Of a stretch of DNA of 64,000 bases, positions 57,108 to 64,000 are shown in pieces. The notes under the pieces were generated by a model that worked only from the letters and a program-made list of their open reading frames with translations, made no database searches and had not been told where the DNA came from. Within the stretch, counting starts at the first letter, position 1, and every line of letters starts with the position of its first letter. A program made the position numbers and the translations under genes. This stretch comes from the human T2T-CHM13v2.0 reference genome, Homo sapiens: the NCBI RefSeq assembly GCF_009914755.1, contig NC_060937.1. The stretch is one strand, 5' to 3'.

Positions 57108-57529
57108 TGGTGGTGCAGGCGGTAAGAATTATTTACGAAGACAGTTATAGATAAAGAAAGGCAGGCTTATTCGAGAAGTAGGAAAATACATTGCCAGAAA
57201 GCAACAGCAAGAAAGCAACAGCAAGGGAGGAGCTGACTGCAAGGAGACAAAGGCTTGCTGGGGATTTTTACCGGGTGGTGTCTGTGCTGTGTGCCCAGGA
57301 GGGCTTCGTGCAGGGTGATAACGCCGCGGTTGCAGCGAACTCACTTGCGTTTTTCTATCAGCCAAGGCTCTGGTGATAGCTGGGCGCAGGAAGATGGTGA
57401 GTTATCTGTGCAGGAGGGCTGTGTCCTGGACCGTGAAGAAAGGCAGACCTGTATAGCTTCTCCGCTTTGTCTTTTTGCTTTCTCTCGGTCCCACCAGCCT
57501 GGCTCCTTTTCCCTTATTAGGACTCCACA
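57108..57529 (-). mobile_element. Antisense solo LTR (LTR47-like; family uncertain)
   Basis: About 420 bp bounded by tg...ggactccaca; internal gagctgactgcaaggagacaaaggcttgctggggatttta resembles ERV LTR consensus sequences I recall. Confidence 0.6.
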
Positions 57530-57590
57530 CTTAGGACAAGCCAGGCGCATCCCATGTGCTCCAGAGAGGAGGCCATTGTTATTAGTAAAG
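57498..57590 (+). CDS. FARP1: FARP1 alternative in-frame cassette exon (31 aa) between DH and PH1
   Basis: Pyrimidine tract + ccaccAG|CCT...GTAAAG|GTGAAG; 93 nt, phase 0/0; PGSFSLIRTPHLGQARRIPCAPERRPLLLVK; matches my recollection of a FARP1 isoform 31 aa longer than the reference. Confidence 0.75.
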
Positions 57591-58534
57591 GTGAAGATGG
57601 AATTGGGGTACTCCTTCCTAAGCTCAGATGATCCCCTGATTCTTTCACTCATCAGGCCGCCACACATCCACTCATTGTTTCAAATCAACCCTGAGCAGAA
57701 TGGGAAGGTGGGATCGGAGGCGCCTGAGGGAGCACGTTCTGGAAGTAGATGGTGGCGATGGTGGGGCTACCTTGTGAGTCCACCAAGGCCACACATGCTC
57801 AAGTGTTTGTGGATTCTACCACAATTTAAAAATGATCATTTTTTTGTTTTTAAGTGCTTGTGCCCCTGCGATCCATGCCCTCAAGAGTGTACAGCCCCGG
57901 GGAGGATGTCACTCGGGAGGCAGAGGTGCCTTGGACACATCTGCCTCTCACTCCTTTATCCTCAACGCAGTTACTGCTCATTGAGAAGCAGGGTTTTCAA
58001 TCATGGAGAAGCTTCCTCCAGCCACAGTGCTCCCATGTGGCCTCTCGGTCCTCAAGGGTCCCTTGCTGCCACTTTTTATAGCCTCTTTCTTCTTTGAGAA
58101 CTGCTTGGGGTCCTTCTGATCTCCCTCACCGTGGGGAGCCCTGGGGATCCTGGGGTTACACACATGGTCCTCAGAGAGGCCCGGGCACTCTTGAACCCGA
58201 CCGTCCGTATCCTTTGTTGGGGGAGCTGCTGGTGGTACCTGCCCTGTACCTTCCTGGGGAGGAGACAGATGATCCCTAGAGAGGGTTTAGCACAGCACCT
58301 GGGGCAGAGCAATCGTGCAGTGAATCGCAGCTGAGTGCTGTAACTTCCACCATGCAAGGGACCCAGGTGGGAGGAAGCCAGTAGGTTTGCACGCTCGCAG
58401 TCCGTTCTTGGGGTCTGCACGCTCGCAGTCAGCCCTCAGGGGCTACAAATTTAGCCCTCGGGGTCTGCACACTGGCCGTCAGCCCTTGGGGTCCGCACGC
58501 TCGCAGCCAGCCCTCCGGTCTGTCTCCCCTGCAG

Positions 58535-58603
58535 GAGTTCATCCGTCTGGGCAGCCTCAGCAAGCTCTCGGGGAAGGGGCTCCAGCAGCGCATGTTCTTC
58601 CTG
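58535..58603 (+). CDS. FARP1: FARP1 coding exon 20 (PH1 start)
   Basis: ctcccctgcAG|GAG...TTCCTG|GTGAGT; 69 nt; EFIRLGSLSKLSGKGLQQRMFFL. Confidence 0.97.
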
Positions 58604-58837
58604 GTGAGTGGAGAGAGCGGCTTGTCCTCACAAGGATTGTGTCACCTGGGCAAGCAAGGCTCCCAAGGCCGGACCTCGGCCACCCAAGTGAGGGACCTGG
58701 GGTAGAGGAAGAGCAGCCAGAGGTGCCCAGGCCCAAGTTGTTGAGGACAGTGAAGGCACAGTTGAGGACAGGGAATGCTGGAGGGAAGCCTGCTGTCCAA
58801 ACGTGGTCTCACCTCCACACACTTCTGATTCCTCCAG

Positions 58838-58927
58838 TTCAACGACGTCCTGCTATACACGAGCCGGGGGCTGACGGCCTCCAATCAGTTTAAAGTCCAC
58901 GGGCAGCTCCCGCTCTATGGCATGACG
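58838..58927 (+). CDS. FARP1: FARP1 coding exon 21 (PH1)
   Basis: ttcctccAG|TTC...ATGACG|GTGAGT; 90 nt; FNDVLLYTSRGLTASNQFKVHGQLPLYGMT. Confidence 0.97.
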
Positions 58928-59691
58928 GTGAGTACAGCACAGGCTCGTGGCCAGGGCCTGTCCTCGGGGGCAGCAGGTGCGGGCGCTGCTGACCCGGCGA
59001 TGAGGAGGGAAGGAGACTGGATAGGGAGGGAGAGGGTGGCTAGTGGCATCTTGGTTACAAGACATGGGCTCAAAGACCATCGAAGACCATACAACCCTTT
59101 CACCTAAAAGCTCGAGCCTTCTAGGGCTTCTCTAGTGGGGCTCTGGGGACACGGCTCCTTCTCCTGCACATGGGATGTGCAGGTCCATTCCTTATAGAAT
59201 CGAGTGAAAGGGTAAGCTGACAAGGCCGCGTGGCATGAACTCGCCTCCCACAGCCTGTGCCTGGCCCCAGGGGCCCCGACAGTCCTCGCCACACACAAGG
59301 ATGACAGCGCCCGCTCCCTGGAGCTGGGCCAGCCACCTCGTCCTCCCCCGAGTTGGTTTGGGGCTGCCTCCTGTCCCCCTTGGCAGGCAGGTGTAGAGGG
59401 CGCCTGGGCCTGGGATGTGGCCCTTTGGCTGGTGCCCACGCTGTCCTCCGGGATTGGAGAGAGGGAAGTTTGTGGGCTCTGCCAAAAACATTCAGTGTGC
59501 CGCGATCTTCCTGTCGCCTTTCCGATTTGGGTTTTTCCAACTCAGAGTGCCTTCTCCCTCTGTGGGGCTCTGGGTCTCCTGAGCCCTGCTCAGGGGCACC
59601 CCTCCTTTTCCAAGTTGCCTGGCTGCCAGCTCAGGGATGTTTGGAAGTGCATCACGTGCCTCATGGTGACGTTATCTTCTCTTGCCCACAG

Positions 59692-59774
59692 ATTGAGGAG
59701 AGCGAAGACGAGTGGGGGGTGCCCCACTGCCTGACCCTCCGGGGCCAGCGGCAGTCCATCATCGTGGCCGCCAG
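59692..59774 (+). CDS. FARP1: FARP1 coding exon 22 (PH1)
   Basis: cttgcccacAG|ATT...GCCAG|GTAACT; 83 nt; IEESEDEWGVPHCLTLRGQRQSIIVAA(S). Confidence 0.97.
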
Positions 59775-59853
59775 GTAACTCGGGAGCCCGCCCCTTGCCT
59801 GTTTCCCCTTTGATGTGCTGTGGCCTGAACACCTGACGCGTCTCTGTCTCCAG

Positions 59854-59966
59854 TTCTCGGTCCGAGATGGAGAAGTGGGTTGAGGACATCCAGATGGCCA
59901 TTGACCTGGCGGAGAAGAGCAGCAGCCCCGCCCCTGAGTTCCTGGCCAGCAGCCCCCCTGACAACA
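59854..59966 (+). CDS. FARP1: FARP1 coding exon 23 (PH1 C-terminal helix)
   Basis: ctctgtctccAG|T...AACA|GTGAGT; 113 nt, after a 79-nt intron; SRSEMEKWVEDIQMAIDLAEKSSSPAPEFLASSPPDN. Confidence 0.97.
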
Positions 59967-60400
59967 GTGAGTGTGGCCAGGGCAGCTTTCCCATGCAGGG
60001 GTCTGGTTCATGGAGGGACAGCATTTCTGCATCTAAAGCCACCCCATCGGGTAGGCCTCACATCCGTGGTGTACATTTGTGTTTAAAGCCAAAGATCAAG
60101 ACAGTTCTTTTTCCTAAAAGTAAAACCCCTGAAATCGGCATGAGGGAGCTGGGAAGTCACCTTTTCTGGGCCGGCATTTACCCTTGTCCAGGGAGAGAAC
60201 ATCAGGCTGTTTACACACCCGGGAGGGGCTGGGGCTCTGTGACTGGAGCTGCAGGGTCCATCGAGGCCTCATTAGATTCTGGTTGGGCACCACAGGTTGT
60301 GACTGCTGTGAGCCCCCCAACCTTCCAGCACCTCAGAGTGTATCAGGAAGGGGCGCTGGGAGGAAAGATCAGAAGTGCTGCCTTTTGCCCCATCCTGTAG

Positions 60401-60567
60401 AGTCCCCTGATGAAGCCACCGCGGCTGACCAGGAGTCAGAGGATGACCTGAGCGCCTCGCGCACATCGCTGGAGCGCCAGGCCCCGCACCGCGGCAACAC
60501 AATGGTGCACGTGTGCTGGCACCGCAACACCAGCGTCTCCATGGTGGACTTCAGCATCGCAGTGGAG
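60401..60567 (+). CDS. FARP1: FARP1 coding exon 24 (PH1-PH2 linker)
   Basis: catcctgtAG|AG...GTGGAG|GTACGC; 167 nt; SPDEATAADQESEDDLSASRTSLERQAPHRGNTMVHVCWHRNTSVSMVDFSIAVE; the next exon lies beyond the window. Confidence 0.97.
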
Positions 60568-61009
60568 GTACGCAGGGGCAGGGCAGCTCTGGTTCCCAGC
60601 TTGTGCTGGCCCAGGCAGAACCCAGGCAAACTTCTGGGCCAGGGGCTTGAGGGAGGCTGGGACTGTGGGTGGCCCCACCTACCCGCGGTGGCTGAGCAGG
60701 GAAGGATCAACACTGGGCCCCCTTTGGAGCCTGCCGGAGGTATCCCTGCAGGGGTGATGCTGAGTGGGCGCCGACCTCCCACAAATGCAGTCATATCCCT
60801 TGGTGCTCATCAGTCCTATTGCCATCCACAAGGTCGTTTTCTCTCTTTCTTCGCCTGTTTTCTTGCCTCTCATGCAGTTAGCCCAGAACACAGGGCCCAG
60901 GGCACAGCTGCTGGACAGTTCCATGGCTGTCATGTCCTGAACCGCCCCACGGGAATCTGGTGCATGGGAGGGAGGAGAGTCTGCACGATGGCAAGCAGGT
61001 GCCAGCTCC

Positions 61010-61599
61010 TCCCCATCATGAGGGTCACGGCAGACACTCCTGTGACAAAAGACAGGCTAACAAGGGAAAAGCATGACCAGTTTATTTCATCGTCATTTTA
61101 CATGACATGGGAGCCTTCAGAATGAAGACCCAGAGGTCCGGCGAAAACCGTCTGTTTTTATGCTTCGCTTCCGTGAAGAACAGGGCGCCGTGGGGAGCTG
61201 ATGGGACAGGCTGAGAGCTAGTGCCAGGAGGGCGAAAGGAGCCCCGCAGGGCCCCTCCGGGTTTTCTGGGCCTTTCTGAGCAGCGTTCCTTGCTCCGGGG
61301 TATGGTGCGGGACCCTTTCTACAGTGGGGGTCTTAGAACCTCTTCTCACACCAGGTGGGCCAGGGAGTAAGTTTATAGCCAGCTCTTACACAGAACGGTG
61401 GAGAAAGGTTAGGGTGACCGTTTTTGGTTTTGTGGCTGGCTTTGGGGGAAGGAGGTTCTGGTTTCAATGACCCGCCTTAAGGAAGGGGGAGTCCAGTTTC
61501 CGTGGCTCGCCTGGGGAGGAAAGGGGCGAGGCAGGAGGTGGGCAGGGAAGCCTGGCTTCTGAACCTTTCACTTCAGGGTATTGTTTTCTGAGCCCACCA
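61010..61599 (-). mobile_element. ERV1-class LTR (MER31/MER67-like)
   Basis: gacatgggagccttcagaatgaagaccc...gggtattgttttctgagccc, the reverse complement of the GGGCTCAGAAAACaATACCC LTR start. Confidence 0.65.
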
Positions 61600-62799
61600 C
61601 CTGAAAGTTGGCTTTGAAGATGCATCTCTCCCAGATCTTGAATCCTTCCAGACCCTTCCAAATGCCCATTCCCTAAGCATTCTTCAGTCCAGGCCCATAA
61701 GCTGTGTTTCAGAACACTTCAAGCCCGTGAAGGTGTGAAACAGGAAAGCTTTCTTCATCTCTCACTGGCAGTGGAAGCTGCCCTGAGCTGGGGCGAGGCC
61801 ATTCATCATTGTGATTGTGTTTTATGTGAATGCTCACGTTTCACCGCAGAATCTCTGCCCCCGCGCCCTCTGCGGGGCTGCTGCAGTCGAGGCAGGACTC
61901 CCTTCCAAACGCAGAAAGGGCCAGTTCCCACACAGGCCTGGTCCAAAGAGTGTCACATAAGAGACTCAGGCCAGGACAGGAGTTTGCTGGCTCTTGGAAC
62001 CAACAGCAGCAGGAATGAGCCAGCAGTGCTTCATGGAGGGTCTCGAGAGAGTCTCGGAATTTATTCTCGGGAAACGACCTTCCCCGTTGCTCAGACCTGC
62101 CTTTATTGAGTTTCCTGCTACAAGCCGCTTGTTTCTAAGCCCAGGCCTGCTTCTGAAGACATCCTCAAGGGGACACATCCGAGGTGCAGGCCCTGGCTCC
62201 CCCACGGGCACAGCCTTTCTTCCCAGCTCTCCCCACATACGAGGCTCTGTCCCATGGGGTTCCCCTGAGTGTGCAGGTGTGAATATTCCCTCCCCGGGCC
62301 TCCTGACAGCCCAGGTGTGAAGAGCACTAAACATTCTTCCCCAGCTTCACACCTCCACCAGGCCTGTGCGCAAAGCTTGCGGGTCTGAGACTTCTCCCAG
62401 GGGATGGGGATTATGATAGCAGGAAAGGAGACCCCCGACGCGGAGGAGCAGGGAAGAACCCGTGATAGGCTCATGGGAAATGAGGCCTCATCAGATCTCA
62501 CCTGTGGGCGTGTGTCTGAAACGAAGCCAGTCGACGTGTGGCGCCGCCACTGGGGAGGAACCGTCCTGGCCTTGCTTCGTCCTGACCTCAGCAATGTGTG
62601 AATTACGACTCTCAAGGCTGGGGTTTGTCATAGGCCTCAAAGCTTTTTACATACCTGGAGGCACCCAGGCCATTCAACGAGGCAGCAAATACCCAAGTGG
62701 GGTCCAGGTGGCCCAGAGCCACCTGCAGCCCAGCTTTTTTGGATAACAAATCTACACGGTCGCAGCCTTCCGTGTGCATGATCAGGTCAAGGCACTGAG

Positions 62800-62980
62800 T
62801 CAGGGGCACGCTGGCCCCCAGCCAGATCTAGCCCCGGCCTGGTGGCTTACAGCCTGCGAACCAAGAATGGGTTTCACTTTTTTTTAATGGCTGCTACATA
62901 ATGTCTTCAGTTTTGCCCCTTGGCCTGCAAAGCCTGAAATATCTGCCGTCTGCCTTTTGAGGAAAAGTTTGCTGACCCTA
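62800..62980. mobile_element. MER58-like hAT MITE
   Basis: tggcctgcaaagcctgaaatat...gaaaagtttgctgaccct terminus. Confidence 0.7.
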
Positions 62981-63714
62981 GTAGAGAGCAGGAGAGTGAG
63001 CCACTGGCCAGTGGGGTTTGAAGGTGGCAGTGACCACCTAGTACAGTCAGGGACCTGGGCTGCTCTATCACTTTGCAGATGTCCCTCCTTGCCAGAAAGC
63101 CCCCTCCCAAGGCACGTGGCATCAATCTCGTGTCGGTGGCAGGCAGCCCTCGCGTGCCAGACGCCAAATGCTCGCTGACTCGCAGATGAGCCATCCCCAG
63201 GGCCTCCTCCCTGCATGACAGGACAAAGCAGCTCCATCTCCTCCTGACTCAACAGCCTCCTCTCCCCAGTCCCGTGCCCAGCCTCTCCCAGTTCCCACTC
63301 CCGTCTGACTCGTGTAGGCACACTTGAGGAAGGGGCGTATCTGGGGACCGTGTGGCCTCACTGGCCTCTGCTAAAAGTTGTGGGCAAGCCGGCAGGCCTG
63401 GGGGCTCCCACTAGAGGTGGGGTCAGATGTTGGGATGGCCAGAGGGCTGCCCAGCCTGTGGGCACTAGAGCCAGTGAAGGGCCAGAGGCAAAGCAATGCA
63501 AGTTGTCTTTTGAGGCTGGAGTGGCGAGACGGGACAGCAGGGAAGTTGTTCAGCAGACAGAGCGCAGACAGGACTGGGAGGAGGGAAGGGACGGGGTGCA
63601 GACAGGACCAGGAGGAGGGAACGGACAGTGGGGCAGGGGAGGGAAAGGACAGGGTGCAGACAGGACCGGAAGGAGGGAAGGGACAGTGAGGCCAGGGAGT
63701 GGCGGGCACGGGGG

Positions 63715-64000
63715 TTATATTTGTTCCCCGTGGCGTCACTCGGCACCAACCTCAGACTGGGTGAGGCCACAGAAACATCTCCCACAGTGCGGGAAGCCGG
63801 AAGTCCAAAATCAAGCTGCTGGCAGGTGGGTTCCTTTGGGAGGCCTTGAGGGAAAATGTCCCCACCTGACAGCATCTGGTGGCTGCGGCAGTCTTCTTCT
63901 CGGGGGGTCCCCGACTCCACCCATGTTGCAGGGCTCCGGTCTGCCGTGTCACCAGCTGTCCTCCCTGTATCTGCACTCTAATATCCTCTTCTAAGGACAC
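63715..64000. mobile_element. MLT1-type MaLR LTR (runs off the window)
   Basis: cacagt..ggaagccggaagtccaaaatcaag...ggcagg...tcctcttctaaggacac. Confidence 0.7.

Noticed and set aside
57255-58097. 280-aa ORF as a stand-alone gene
   Set aside because: Starts inside an LTR with a non-ATG codon; only the 93-nt part bounded by splice sites is supported
60568-61125. Exon 24 frame stays open for 185 codons past its donor (ORF 60184..61125)
   Set aside because: Very GC-rich region where long ORFs occur in all frames; the peptide is rich in W/C/G/H with no motif structure, ends inside an LTR, and I see no nearby poly(A) signal. Much weaker than the exon 13 case
63350-63994. 214-aa ORF near the window end
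   Set aside because: Non-ATG start, spans a purine-rich repeat and an MLT1 LTR, and does not resemble the FARP1 PH2 exons

Overview
Human (primate) genomic DNA, + strand, covering the middle of FARP1 (FERM, ARH/RhoGEF and pleckstrin domain protein 1, CDEP). Eighteen GT-AG coding exons (7-24; numbering and residue counts come from my recollection of the 1045-aa reference protein) splice in phase and encode the C-terminal FERM lobes, FERM-adjacent region, linker, DH domain, PH1 and the PH1-PH2 linker. Introns hold about 20 Alus plus L1, MIR, MER5, MER82, MER30, MER58, MER85 and several LTRs. The main unexplained structure is in intron 13. Exon 13 has a very weak donor (CAG|GTCCAG), and its reading frame continues without a stop for about 330 more codons to TGA at 16161-16163. 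This would give a FERM-only isoform of about 801 aa with an RS repeat and acidic motifs. It is followed by about 11 kb of Alu-free, 3'UTR-like sequence ending at a well-formed poly(A) site near 27190. The same intron holds a second in-phase candidate terminal exon (24783-25057). A 93-nt in-frame cassette exon whose acceptor comes from an antisense LTR sits at the DH-PH1 junction. Repeat boundaries and family names are by eye and approximate.
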